Of a stretch of 64,000 bases of DNA, positions 33,801 to 44,480 are shown one piece after another. The translations under genes were made by a program, and so were the position numbers. Under the pieces are notes generated by a model, which ran no database searches, was not told where the DNA came from, and saw nothing but the letters and a program-made list of their open reading frames with translations. Source of the DNA: Prasinococcaceae sp. CCMP 1430 (taxonomy: Eukaryota; Plantae; Prasinodermophyta); NCBI GenBank assembly GCA_013416795.1, contig RQSC01000523.1, forward strand, positions 267,435-331,434, read 5' to 3'. How positions within the stretch are numbered: position 1 is the first letter of the stretch; each line of letters begins with the position of its first letter.

Positions 33801-34695
33801 CCGCCGCGCGCGCCTCGGCGTCGGTCACCTGCCGGCCGCCAACGCGCTCGGTCGTTGGCATGTCGATGTGCATCTTGGCGTCCTCCCGCGCGAGCACCTC
33901 GTCGGACGTGGGGCCCCGAAGCGCGCGCATCTTCGCCTTGAACCCCTCGGAGACGGAGTCGTCGGGCTTGGGCGTGCCGTCTTCGAAGTACTCGTCCGCC
34001 AGGACGGCATCGTCCATGACCAAGTTGCCCTTCTCGTCCCAGCGCGCGCTCTCGCGCTGGGCGTCCGTGAGCGACTCCCAGCGCGCGTCCGCGTAGCGCT
34101 TGCGCACGTCGAGCAGGCGCCTCTTCAGCGCTTCGCGGCGCTCTCGCGCGGCAACCTTGGCCTCGCTGTCGCCGCCGCCATCGGCGTCCACCAGCCAGTC
34201 GTCATCCTCGTCGGCGTAGGCCTTGAACTGGTCCCAGCGCTCGTCGTCGAGAGCCGGGGCGCCGTGGTTCCACTCCATGCGCTCGAGCCGCTGGTACCTG
34301 CCGAGCTCCTGGGGGTTGGTGATGGGCGGCTCGAGCCCCAGCTTGGCGCGCTTCGCCCTCTTGCTGGACCCACCCTGGCCATCCACGCCCGCGCCGCTCG
34401 GCTTGTCCGCCACCCCGCACCGCACCGCCGCGCGCCGCGGGGGCGCGCGCGCCGCAGCGACGCGAGGGTCGGCCGGCGGCCGCCGCCAACGGCGGAAAGG
34501 GGAAGGAGCCGCGCGGCGCGAAGGCGAGCGAGCGACCGACCGAGCGAGGGCACCCGCCCGCGCCCCCGCGCTCGAGCGCGCTGTAGCACACGCGCACGCA
34601 CACGCGCACACACACGCACGCACACGCACACGCACGCGCACACGCGCGCGCGCGCACACACAGCGCGGCGCCCAGCCGCCTTTTCTCGCCGCCAT
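30898..34695 (-). CDS. Large acidic protein with pTAC10/PAP3-like S1 region and upstream SANT/Myb-like segment; start approximate
   Basis: GQVVCKDLYSGLYIDIGAEYFGW..DDW..VRVTAIREDVWRFRFPIEIELLDP..PPLIFH matches plant pTAC10 (LYQGAFVDIG..RDPYRFRFPLEL..PPIFH). Long uninterrupted ORF with strongly GC3-biased codons. Confidence 0.7.
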   Translation of the reverse strand: MAARKGGWAPRCVCARARVRVRVRVRACVCACACACATARSSAGARAGALARSVARSPSRRAAPSPFRRWRRPPADPRVAAARAPPRRAAVRCGVADKPSGAGVDGQGGSSKRAKRAKLGLEPPITNPQELGRYQRLERMEWNHGAPALDDERWDQFKAYADEDDDWLVDADGGGDSEAKVAARERREALKRRLLDVRKRYADARWESLTDAQRESARWDEKGNLVMDDAVLADEYFEDGTPKPDDSVSEGFKAKMRALRGPTSDEVLAREDAKMHIDMPTTERVGGRQVTDAEARAAAALSGVLKSFKGLAPESTRGAGMDGLAEDERGAAAPMVGELLSAVADDADAEEALRQALLELVGQNVESADGDGSATQGVAEDGRPYDASQQAPTPAPGEVVGQGDVAPLTDAAIEEAQSHFKKAQRQEVEEVLPSFGGCEDAEEFAVPPTLEYMALAGEAQMWQRCQVEYLRSPVGEGIAREAAQSILDDFTDEPFLLDEALVRRALFNPFDEEVGYNVLDQYLAPLENFELEAQAQQYAAQDKGKTSANRRGRVVVVPELDEEQEAAYEERLRVLIEDEGMDAGEAAHIVEEEKLVASGIQTESKLGMLEYMDMMPPWDDELDQVVMGLVESIGGEFAAFKHDPGPLFWRRCSKLVTDEVFAKYSRGWDKWDPDPDTGKNYYYSAHECHARFASLLWDKVNIFDPLGETNDYMRLGLPNEEVNWAEELPAMPDYEAPCVLDSPLNGSDFNGKERIPLSELKVGTEIIGQVVCKDLYSGLYIDIGAEYFGWQYVSQDDWRAIEFVDPGFEFQERFSTKLRDRMYMTGPQVSPSVMLSPHDRVRVRVTAIREDVWRFRFPIEIELLDPALPLADTLDSPPLIFHSEMRGDPAQQEPLGTVLREGGRMDKSSPAYRKEFEVLNEHDRQMSTEEARRVVHDPNWAGTVAKMNKEVSDLVDQFKAKGKLVRTQRIPDEVWHRMVNDGDVLGGTLDQDYLDEKKNPEFKDNEWSDERSEQRDYGQLTPTRYNNQDYYSEREHMYMKVRENQEEETEYEEETEEDYVRKLMPSASDKGDGADDDARPAGGKKGKGKGKGDASADEEITSGDSSGVGDGAFDSVESLGMDERELNQRLEEIGMKMQRLYNKMDKARYPGFHSPATIEIEPGNHDLKPETYARFTEEEISEDWVLGNKVYDSIDHPELRGEVPKRGWGGKLPEGWHEAHGEGAGGAGGGSDDDGGGEAGDGTVAASYEVIEEPLDDGAEYKPSE

Positions 34696-35098
34696 CAAAC
34701 CGCACCCGCCCGCCCCACCGATCCAAACCCTAAACCCCAAATCCCCAACCTCAACCCTCCGATCGCCCCGGACGTGGTGTGACCTGCGAGGGGGGCGGCG
34801 CGCCGTGTCCCAAAGCCCTTCCGTCGCAGGCCCCCATCGAAATCCCATTCCGCGCGTTCCAACGCGATTCGACGCTTCACCAAATCACCATCAACCGTCG
34901 TTTCTAAATGCGAAAGATCACGCGAATGAAATGCCACCCCTTTGAAAGTATTCATGCCGTTTGGAAAAGGCGGGGATGGCGGCGCGAACGCGCGAAATCG
35001 CGGCGAACCCCCTTTTCCGCCACGCGGGCGCCGCGGGCGCGCGCGCGCGCTTTTCCGGCGGCCGGCCGGGGGCGTCGGCGGGACCGCCTACCTGCTGC

Positions 35099-35344
35099 GC
35101 AGAGGTCCCCGAAAGCATCGCCAGGCGGATGTACGACCAGATACAAATCGTTCCAGCGCGGCGCAGCTTGGCCGGGTCGCCCAGTTCTGACCGCGCCACT
35201 CATAGAGACTTTCCTCGGCGTAAGTGCCCGTGCAGAGGTCCCCGAAAGCATCGCCAGGCGGATGTACGACCGCCTACAAATCGTTCCAGCGCGGCGCAGC
35301 TTGGCCGGGGCGCCCGGTTTTGACCGCGCCACTCATAGAGACTT
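35099..35344. repeat. Two direct copies of a 113-bp unit (35099-35211 and 35232-35344; period 133 bp, 6 mismatches)
   Basis: GCAGAGGTCCCCGAAAGCATCG..CACTCATAGAGACTT occurs twice. Confidence 0.95.
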
Positions 35345-35403
35345 ACAGTACTTACCGCACCCCCGCCGGTGCAGCGACGAGGCTTACAGTACTACAGTAA
35401 CGG

Positions 35404-35416
35404 TTAGGGTTTAGGG
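35404..35416 (+). promoter_or_regulatory. Interstitial telomere-like motif / telo-box (TTAGGGTTTAGGG); other AAACCCTA-type sites at ~13468, 34725, 51303, 54789, 54928
   Basis: Matches to the plant telo-box, all in intergenic promoter regions. Confidence 0.5.
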
Positions 35417-35664
35417 TATTAAAAAGAGGGTTCGTGCGGGCGCCAGATATTTAGCGGCGCAGGATGCAGCACGGGGTGTGCCACAGCGTGGGCGGTGGGT
35501 GGTGAGGACGACCTCGTGCTCGTCGAAAACCACATGGCGTTCGTCTTCCACGCCAGGGGTGCTGGCGGAAGCTTCCAGTGCGCGCCGGTGCGCGTGGCGC
35601 CGGGGGGGAAGAGGGCGGCAAGCTCCCGCGGCGAGCGCTCGGGCCGCCGCGCGCCGTGCGTGGG

Positions 35665-38185
35665 ATGCGAGATGTGGGTCATGGTGGAGGAGAGCAAGAT
35701 GAGGCGCCACCGGCCGCGCCTTCCCCTGCGCGCGCCCCGCGTGCTCGCGTGGCCGCCGCGTTGGCGGTCGCGGCAATCGGAGCGACAGCAGCAGGCGTGG
35801 CGCTCGCCGCCGCGCCGCCGGCTGCCGCGACCGCCAGCGCCACGACCGCGCGCGCGCTGAAGGGCAGCGCGCACGCAGATGCGGTCGCGCCGCCGTCGGC
35901 GGCTGCTGCCACGCAGGGCAAGGGCACGGAGGGCGGAAGGCGAAATGAGGTGGCCGTTCGCGACAGCCTCCCTGACCGCGCGATGTATCTGTGTCAGCGC
36001 GTGCTCATGCTGCCGCTCGGGGGCAAGCTCTTCTGGCTGCTCATGGCGTCTTCGCTGCTTGTGTTGGTCGGCGCAGGCGCGTACTGGGCGGCGATGCAAC
36101 CTGCCGATCGGTCCTTCGGCGATGCGGCATGGGCTGCGTACGCGATGGTGTGGAACGCACCTGGCAGTAGCTCGATGCCCGGCGACAGCCCGGGTCTCGC
36201 GGCCAGCGTGGTGGCCAACGTCATCTTCGGCGTCGGCTTGTTCACCTTCGCAGTGCTGCTTGGCATAGTGTGTGATGAAGTGGCAGACAAGGTTGCAGAG
36301 GTGCGCGAGGGAAAATTTCGCGTTATAGAGAGCGGGCATACGGTGGTGGTGAACTTCAATGAGGCAGTTGGGCCTGCGCTGCAGCAGATGGACTTCACTG
36401 AGAAGGAGGATCCCAACGCCTTCGGCTTTAAGAAGGTGATCATTCTGGCGGACAAAGACAAGTCTGAGATGGACAACATCGTCGCAGACCTCGACCTGGA
36501 ACACATCCAGGTGCTCACGCGGCGTGGCAGCCCCGCGTCGCAGGCGGACCTGTACTCGTGCTCGGTGGAGCGCGCAAGAAACATCATCCTCTTTCACCAG
36601 CACGGTATGAGCTCGATCGACGAGCCCATGGTGAAGCTTCAGCTGGAGGCAGACAAAGCCGCCACGCTCCTGCAACTGCGGCAGCTTCGCGCACGTGCTG
36701 GGCATCCACTGGATGATGGCGCGGATTCGCCGACCATCGTCGTGCAGTCGATAGAGGCCGAGCCCGCCGAGGGCCACAACAAGATGTGCGCTCTCACCGA
36801 GGCGCCTTTCAGCGCGGTAGCGGGGCGGCGTACTGTGGCGCAGATTTTAGCCGAGGCTTCGCTCGAGGATTCAGTAGCCTGCGTGTACGACGAGCTACTG
36901 AACTCCGGGGAGGGCAGCAACTCGATTCTCGTGGTGGACGCGCCCGCGCGCCTTGTCGGTGGGTCGCTCGCGCAGGCCCAGGCAGAAATGCCGCATGCAA
37001 TTATCTTGGGGTTGATGCGCACCGAGGAGGAGGTAACGCTTGCACCGCACCCGGGAGCGACGACTATTGCACCGGGCAACAAGCTTGCGGTGATCGCGCA
37101 ATCCAAGCGCGCTGCCGTCTCGCAAGGCGCGCCGCGGCCGACTGCGCCTGCGGAGCCGCCGCGTGTGCGCAGCCGTGGACGCTCACCCGCACGCCCCGCG
37201 GATAGGCCGCAGCGGGTCCTGATATGTGGGTGGGACGCCCTCATGAGTGTGACCGTCGAGGACATGCGCGTGCGCGCCCCTGCAGGGAGCGAGATCACGC
37301 TCATCACGGATGAGAAACCTGCGGGCTTCAGCACCGGCACTCGCAACCGCATCACAACCAAGTTCGCGGGTGGAATGCCACATGCATTCGAAGACATTTC
37401 GCGCGCCCTCGACCGCGGCGTCGATACAATTGTGTTGTTGCCAGACATGGTGGCGTCGTCCGACGACATGGAGGACTCTCTCTATCTTGCGACCATGCTC
37501 TGCATCAAGCGCTACTACAAGTCGAATCCGCAAAGGCCTCTGCCGCGCGTCATCGGCGTGGCGAACAACGAAAACATCAAAGAAATCTCTCAGGTACGTA
37601 AGCGCCAGCGGTCAGCGCGCCTCTCGGCCCGTACAAAGCAGCGCTGACTGGACTGGACTGGCCGGCGCCGCGTGCCTCAACACCTGCTCCAAATAGGAGC
37701 TCTACGAAGAAATGGGTGGCACGCGTACGGAGATGCTCGTACCTAGCGTTGCTGTAGGCAACTTGATCGCACAGGTACGTGCGCCGAGCGCACACCACGC
37801 TTAGCGCAGCAGTACCTTCAGTGCACTGACCAGTTGCGCACACGCGCCGCCGCCTGGACACGCGCCGAATGTCTGCGACGCACAGACTGCCCGCACGGGC
37901 CTACTCGACGAAGTATATGAGGCCTTCATGGAGCTCTCCGCGTCCACGGGCGCGCCAGCACTGCAGAGCTGGCCGGTGACGCGCCTGATCTCGGAGGAGC
38001 AGCTCCAAAAGGGCGGTCCGAGCTTTTGGGAGCTGATGGACGCTGCGGAGAGCGAGGGCCTCATCGCCGTGGGATACGTGCGCGACGGTGAGAATGCCGT
38101 GCACACCAATCCCATCGACAAGGCGAAGGAGCTGGCCCTCGGCGCCGCGGACTCGGTCGTCGTGCTCTCGTGCAGCCAGCGCTAG
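35665..38185 (+). CDS. CASTOR/POLLUX(DMI1)-like cation channel; exons 35665-37593, 37697-37774, 37886-38185
   Basis: Transmembrane helices, then VAEVREGKFRVIESGHTVVVN, QVLTRRGSP..DL..VERARNIIL, a second RCK-like domain RVLICGW, and C-terminal NP..DSVVVL. Two phase-0 GT-AG introns. Confidence 0.8.
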
Positions 38186-38228
38186 CTCTAGCGCGCTTGC
38201 CCACACCAACAGATTGTATTACCGAGTC

Positions 38229-39235
38229 TCAGCGCACTGCAGCGCTGCAGCTGTCACCGCTGTCCTTGTCGCCAGAGTTGCCGCTCCCATCAATGGGACC
38301 CAGTATTGGCTCATCACCCGTGAGGAGTTTGTGCATCGCCGCAGCGTCCCTGCGTGCACCGCGGCGCGGGCGGCGCCATCACCATGGTAGCGCAGATGTC
38401 AGCGACGACTTCGCGCTATGGCATGCAGACATTGGCGCACAGCGACCACATGCACGCGCGTGCCCACCCCTGCTCCCGCGCGCGACCTACCATGTCTTTC
38501 TCATCCCTGGCGCGAGCATAAACTCGCGTTCTGTGCCGTCCTCGTCCTCATCGACGCGAATGCGCACGAGGCCGCCACGAGCCAGTGCGTCGCGCAGCTG
38601 CTCCTTGCTAGCTCCTGCGAAGGGCGGTCGCACGTGCTCGCTCAGCGCGCAAACCTCCTGACGCGAGCCCCAAAAGTCGAGAACCGAGAAGCGCATGACG
38701 GGCGCGTGCTTGTGCTGCGACACCTCGCCTGCGTAACGCCTCTGGAAGTAGAGCAGGCAGGCCGTGGCCGCGCCGCTGCCGCCGACGATGCCCACGCACG
38801 CGCCGAGCTCCGCAGCGCTCAACGAGCCGCCGTAGCACACGAGGGGCGCCAGCGCACCCACGCCGGCAAGCTGCAAGACCTTGGTGCGCACGAGTGCTCG
38901 CGCGAGGCGCATCCCAACCGGTCTGTAGATGACCTTCCACTGCGAGCGGTCGGTGCGCGGGTCGGGCTCGGCGCCTGCTTCGCCACTGCCGTCGTCGGCT
39001 GCCGCGCTGCCGCGCGCGGTGCGGCGCGCCGCCGCGGGGAACGGAACGACGCATTCAATCGAGTGTGCGGAAAAGGACATGAATTTTTGGACATGCGGGC
39101 GGTCCACGGGGCCGGGGGGGGTGCATGGATGGCGCCCGCTCGCGCCCTCTCGTGCTGCATCCGCCGAGATGATCTGTGAGGCGCGCCGCGGACGACTGGC
39201 GGTGCGCGATCGGGGAACGCGAGCGAGGGCCGCCT
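38229..39235 (-). CDS. TMEM186: TMEM186-like mitochondrial membrane protein (start uncertain); last exon 38349-38229
   Basis: WKVIYR..MRLARALVRTKVLQL, two hydrophobic helices, RRYAGEV and MRFSVLDFWGSR. Phase-2 intron GTAGGT..GCAG. Confidence 0.65.
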
Positions 39236-39502
39236 GCAGAGGGGGGAGGGGGGGGGGAAGGTGCCTGGAAGAGCAGGGAGATGAGGGTGGACGGATGAGG
39301 GCAGGGACCGCAGAGAGGCGCGGAGATCCCTCAGAGCCTCCACGGGACGAGACGTGGTGGGGGAGAGGGGCACAAGGCTGGAGGTGCGCAGGGTGCGGAC
39401 ACAGCGCCGCGGCCGAGCGGCGCACCGAGCGGCGCACCGGCGGGCAGGCGTGGACCCCCGCGCTCTGCGGACGGGCGCGGCGCCGACGGGGGCGCACGCG
39501 CC

Positions 39503-40981
39503 ATGCTGACCACCACTTGGGGGCGTGGCCGCGGCCGAGCGGCCACGCGAGCAGCCCGCGCGGCGACCGTGGCGATTGTCTTCGCCGTGGCGGCGTTTGC
39601 CTCGACGGGCGCGCGGGCGGCCGCCAAAGGTCTGCAGGGAGCGGGCAATGGCCGCATGGGTGCGTCAAGCGGCGGAGCCAAGATCAAGCGCTCCTCTGGT
39701 ATGAAGAGGAGTGGCGCGAAGGTCGACCTCAGCGGCCTGGGCGGAAACGGTGGACTCGACCTCGGTGCCCTGCTCTCCGGAGGCGCCGCCACGGCCGGCG
39801 GAAGCAGCAGCCGTGGCGGCTCCGGGAGCAGCGGTGGTTTGCGTCCCCACTCGGGCGGCCGCGCCGGCCGAGGCAGCCGCTCCGGCGGCCGCACCTGTGC
39901 CATCGAGTGCCCGCTCGGCAAGGCGCTCGAGGTGAACGCGGGATACGAGCCGTACGCCAACGGCTGTGGCCTGGATGGCATGCCTATTGACCTCACCGGC
40001 GGGCGCTTCGACTTCACCCCCTGTTGCGACAAGCACGACTACTGCTACCAGGAGTGCGGCGCCACGCAGAAGGGCTGCGACGCAACCTTCGGCGAGTGCC
40101 TGCGCAAGCTGTGCAAGGACGAGTACGGCGGCGACGAGGAGTGCACGAAGCTCACGAAAACGTACGAGATGGGGGTGGGGATGTTCGGCTGCGGGCCCTT
40201 CAAGGACTCGCAAAGAAGGGCGTGCAAGTGCCCCGAGCTTTCGCCCGCGGAGAGGACCACGTACGCTGCGCAGCTGCGTGCGGAGGCGGGACCATCGGCG
40301 GTGCCGCGCGGCAAGTACTGCGGCAGCAAGAGCCTGCTGGTGGTGAACGTCGGCCTAGAGGCCGAGGTTGACGCGGAGGCGAAGACCTTCCATCTCAAGG
40401 CGTGGAACGAGGAGGTGCGCAGTGCAGCGACTCGCGCTCTCGCTCGCGTGCTCGCCCCACGCCCGCGCTCGCCCCACGCCTACGCCCGCCGCGGCTCCTG
40501 ACCAGCGCATCGTTGTGGCGCCTGCGCAGGACGGCACGCACTTCTTCGGCGAGGATGGCTGCGGTCCCATTCCCTTCGAGGCGCACACCGATGACCAAGT
40601 GATCGCTGGCATGGACCCGCGCGGCTTCTCGGTCGCCAAGCCATACCCGCCTTGCTACGACCAGTTCTTTGGCGAGGGCGGTCTTGCGGCCGGCGTGAGC
40701 ATCTCTGTTAGGTCGGCAGGGTGAGTGGAACCAGCGCGCGAGCGCCCACGCGATGGGCCCTCGCGCGGCGCACACTCCGTCGCGCCGTCGCCAGGAGCGA
40801 GCCCCCGCGCTGACGTGCCGCCACGCGCAATGCCTCGCCGGCCTCGCGCGCTCACAGCCCCTCGCACGACCTCGTCAGCAGGCTCGAGATCCACGCCGAG
40901 AAAGTGCCCCTCATCAGCCAGCTCGACGTGCGCATCGGGCGCTGCCAGGGCAGCGAGGGCGCGGGGAGGATTGAGCTCTGA
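39503..40981 (+). CDS. PLA2G12: Group XII secretory phospholipase A2-like with extra C-terminal domain; exons 39503-40414, 40530-40720, 40858-40981
   Basis: Signal peptide, ANGCG, FTPCCDKHDYCYQECG (His-Asp dyad) and GCGPFKDSQRRACKC. Spliced C-terminus ends RIEL*. Confidence 0.8.
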
Positions 40982-41569
40982 GCGCCGCCGCCGCCTCAGC
41001 TGCCACGCTAGTAGACACGCTCGCCTGCAAACATGATTCTTCCATTGCGCGTATCCGAATGTGCACGCCTTGCATGGCGCTGCCGTGGCGCGCGACGCGG
41101 GCACGCCGCCGGTGTGGCGGCGAGGCGGGCGCGACGCAGGCGTCCGCGAGAGCGCGGCGCGCGGTGGCGCAGGAGATGTGGGCGTGGGTGCTAAGAGAAG
41201 GATGGTTTTAAGATATCGTGTAAACAATGCTGTAGACAAACAAAACCGTACCCGATATGTGTGTGACTCAACACTGCCTCGACAGGAGCGACGACACTAC
41301 TACGCGACCAATGGGCAACGCGCCGGTATACCCGAGCGCGTGCGTTCCTAGTAGTACTAATCTCCGCCCCCGCGCGCGTGGTCGTCGGAGACGCGCGGCG
41401 CAGTGCAGTGCAGCACACGAGCGGCGGCGGCGCACGGTACGAACGTGCGGCCTCCCGGCGCCCGTGGCGCTCCGCATCATGCGGCCGGCGCTCCGGCGGC
41501 TTCCGCGCGCGTGCGCGCGCAGGGAGCGCTGCGCAGCCTCGAGCGAGTGTTTCGCGCGGCGTCCGCCGC

Positions 41570-43129
41570 TTAGTAGCCCTCGGCTGAGATCTCCTCGGAG
41601 ATGGCCGCGGTCTCGTCGAGCACGAAGGCGAGGTCCTCCACCGTGGCGTCGGGGTTCGTGAACACCATGCGCCAGAAGTTGGGCAGGCCCTGCCTCGGCT
41701 GGTAGTTGACGAGCACGTTGCCGCGGGACATCATGCGCTGCTTGACCACGGCGGTCAGCTTGTGTGTCGCCTCGGCCGACATGTCGAACTGCGGCTTGTA
41801 CCAGTAGCACACGTTGCACAGGCCGGGCTCGACGAACATCTCGAAACCGGGACGCGCCTTCAGCATCTCGACGAAGGCGTCCCGGTTGCTAAGACACCGG
41901 TCGACGCGGGCCTCGAGCCCCTCGAGGCCGATGGTCTTCCACACGAGCCACAGCTTGATGATGTCCGGGCGGCGGCCGCACTGGAGCGACTTCTCGCCGG
42001 TGTCGTACATGGCCGCGTCGTACTCCTGCTCGTGGTAGAGGTACGAGCAGTCGTCCTTGAGCGCGATGCCGGTCTTGAGGATCTCGCGGTCCTGCACGAG
42101 CAGCACGGAGCACGACTGCGGCATGCCCGAGAGCTTGTGGAAGTTCCACGTGAGCGAGTCGGCGTCGGCGACGCCGTCGAGGGTATTCCGGTGCTTGCGC
42201 GAGAAGAGCAGCGAGGAGCCCCACGCGCCGTCCACGTGGAACCAGCAGCCGTACTTCTTCGCCACCGCGCCCACGGCCTTGATGTCGTCCACCGCGCCGA
42301 AGACGGTCGAGCCGGCCGTCGCGTTGACGAAGAAGGGCACGGCGCCGTCCGCGACCGCCTCCTCGAGCAGGCGCTCGAGCTCCGACACGATCATGACGCC
42401 CTGCTTGTTGACGGGCACCTTGATGACGTTGCTCGAGCCCAGGCCGAGCATGAGGCCCGCCTTCTCGAAGCAGTAGTGCGACTCGGCCGACGTGAAGGCC
42501 ACCATGCGCGGCAGCCCGGCGAGGCCCTTGGACTTGGTCGCGGCCACCTTGTTTGAGCGCGCGAGCAGCATCGCGTGCGTGTTGGACGCCGAGCCGCCCG
42601 GGTTGAACATGCCGTCGACGTTCTCGGAGAAGCCCGCGAGCTTGCCCAGCTGCGAGATGACCTCGCGCTCCATGAGCGTCGACACGGGCGCCATCTCGTA
42701 CGTGTACATCGAGTGGTTGCACGCGGCCGCGATGGCCTCGCCGAGGACGCCGATGGGCTCGGTGCCGCCCATGCCCATCTGGTTGAAGAAGCGCGGGTGG
42801 CTCGACTTGATGGAGTACTTGAAGATGTCGTCCACGATGGGGCCGACGGCGTCGTAGCCGACGCCCTTTTCGGTGAGCTCGATGGACGCGGCGGTGTACA
42901 GCTCCTCGGGCAGCTTGAAGTTGCACACCTTGGCGTTGCGATTCCGCCCGTCGGCGTTGACGTACTTGGCGACCTTGGCGAGGCCGTCGGCGATGGCCTG
43001 TGCGCGCGCGCGGTCGCTCGAGGCGCCCACGCCGGTGTCCTCGGCGGACTTGACGGCGGCGAGCACCTCCGCCTCCTTGCGTGCGGCGGCGGGCATGGCT
43101 GCGGCGTCGGTCGTGACGAGGGGCGCCAT
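41570..43129 (-). CDS. PLP-dependent group II decarboxylase, CSAD/GADL1/GAD-like
   Basis: HPRFFNQ, SMYTYEMAPV, PGGSASN, SHYCFEKA, ATAGSTVFGAVD, HVDGAWG, DSLTWNFHK (PLP Lys) and DTGEKSLQCGRR. Intronless, very strong codon bias. Confidence 0.9.
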   Translation of the reverse strand: MAPLVTTDAAAMPAAARKEAEVLAAVKSAEDTGVGASSDRARAQAIADGLAKVAKYVNADGRNRNAKVCNFKLPEELYTAASIELTEKGVGYDAVGPIVDDIFKYSIKSSHPRFFNQMGMGGTEPIGVLGEAIAAACNHSMYTYEMAPVSTLMEREVISQLGKLAGFSENVDGMFNPGGSASNTHAMLLARSNKVAATKSKGLAGLPRMVAFTSAESHYCFEKAGLMLGLGSSNVIKVPVNKQGVMIVSELERLLEEAVADGAVPFFVNATAGSTVFGAVDDIKAVGAVAKKYGCWFHVDGAWGSSLLFSRKHRNTLDGVADADSLTWNFHKLSGMPQSCSVLLVQDREILKTGIALKDDCSYLYHEQEYDAAMYDTGEKSLQCGRRPDIIKLWLVWKTIGLEGLEARVDRCLSNRDAFVEMLKARPGFEMFVEPGLCNVCYWYKPQFDMSAEATHKLTAVVKQRMMSRGNVLVNYQPRQGLPNFWRMVFTNPDATVEDLAFVLDETAAISEEISAEGY

Positions 43130-44480
43130 GGTGTCTCTGTGCGTGTCGTGCGAGTTGGGCTGCTCTGGAATACGCGGAATTAGGCGGCGACCTGGTGCGC
43201 TCGCTGGTTGCGTTTGATAGGAATAAACGGGACGGAGCGCTGCGAAATGTGCAGCGGGTGGTCTTCGGCCGTGGCGGCGGGGCGGGGCTGGGAGGAGGAG
43301 GGGGTTGGAGGGAGGCGGGCGGCGTGTGCCAGCTGCGTCCGGAGGGGTGTGCTCTTCCGCGCGCGCGAGTCGACGGGCGAGAGAGGTTCCCCTGAAAAGG
43401 GAGGGGGGGGGGGAGAGGTGTCGCGTGCGGTGCTCTGAGCGTGCGCTGTGGCGCGGTCGCGCGGAGCGGCGGCTGTGCTGCGCGCAGACTGAGTAACGTC
43501 TGCGGCGGCGGCTGGAGCGGTGTGGCGCCCACGCGCGCCCGCAGGTGCGTTTTGATGGCGCGTCGTCGTCTTGCGGCGATCGGGCGCGCGCGTCCCGCGA
43601 ATCGGCGCCCGCCGGCGCCATCAAACGGCACTGCCGAGCCGTTCATCGAAAGGCGGTAGGAAGCGCGCGCGTTTCGCCAAGGCGACGGCGGGCGGGGTGC
43701 AAAAGGCGGGAAGAAAACGCGCGAGGGAATTTCGCGCGCGCCGGAGGCAAAGAGACGCGGCGAATTTCGGCGCCCCGTTCGTTGCGAAAGGGCCCCTTTC
43801 CCCTCCATTTCTCCGTTTCGTAAGCACCCCTTCCGGGGCGCGCCTCGCGGTTGCGCGTGCCCGGAGCGTCGCGCGTCGCGTTTTCGTTTTTCCGCTCGCG
43901 CTCGCGTTTGGCGTCCCGCGGATTCGTCGCGCATTTCGCGCGCGCGCGCGCGGGGGCGCGCGGGCGCGGCAGTGGGCGCCCGCGCGGCGCGCGCCGCGCA
44001 CCCACCCAAAACGCCCGCGAGGGGCGCCGCGACGCGCGGCGAAACCCAAATCACGTGGGGCGAGGGACCCACGTGGGTCGGGCGCAGCGGAGTGTGCCCG
44101 GCGTGGAGCGGACGGAGAAGAGGCGGGAAGGGACGGGGATGGGTGGCGCGGCGGGCGCTCGGCCGGCCTGTGTGCACAGCTGCAGAGCTGCAGAGGGGGG
44201 CGCATCACGGTATCACGGTAGTAGAGCACCCACACCTACACCCACACCCCCTCTCGCCGCAGGACGGGGGGCGCCGCGCCCACTCCGCCCGCAGCAGGGA
44301 GCCGCGGCGCTCGGCGACGCCCGCCAGGTGGCGCGGGCGGGAGGGGGACGCGCCGAGCGGAGCGGTGCCGCGCGCGCGGTGGGGGTGGGGGTGGGGGGTT
44401 AGGGGTGAGGTTTGGGGTAGTGCGCCAGCAAGGACGCGAAGCACCAGTCTCACGTGGTCGGCTTCCGACTCCGCGGCGCG

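Noticed and set aside
35099-35344. CRISPR-like or coding interpretation of the tandem repeat
   Set aside because: Only two long units, no cas genes, eukaryotic context, and the period is not divisible by 3.
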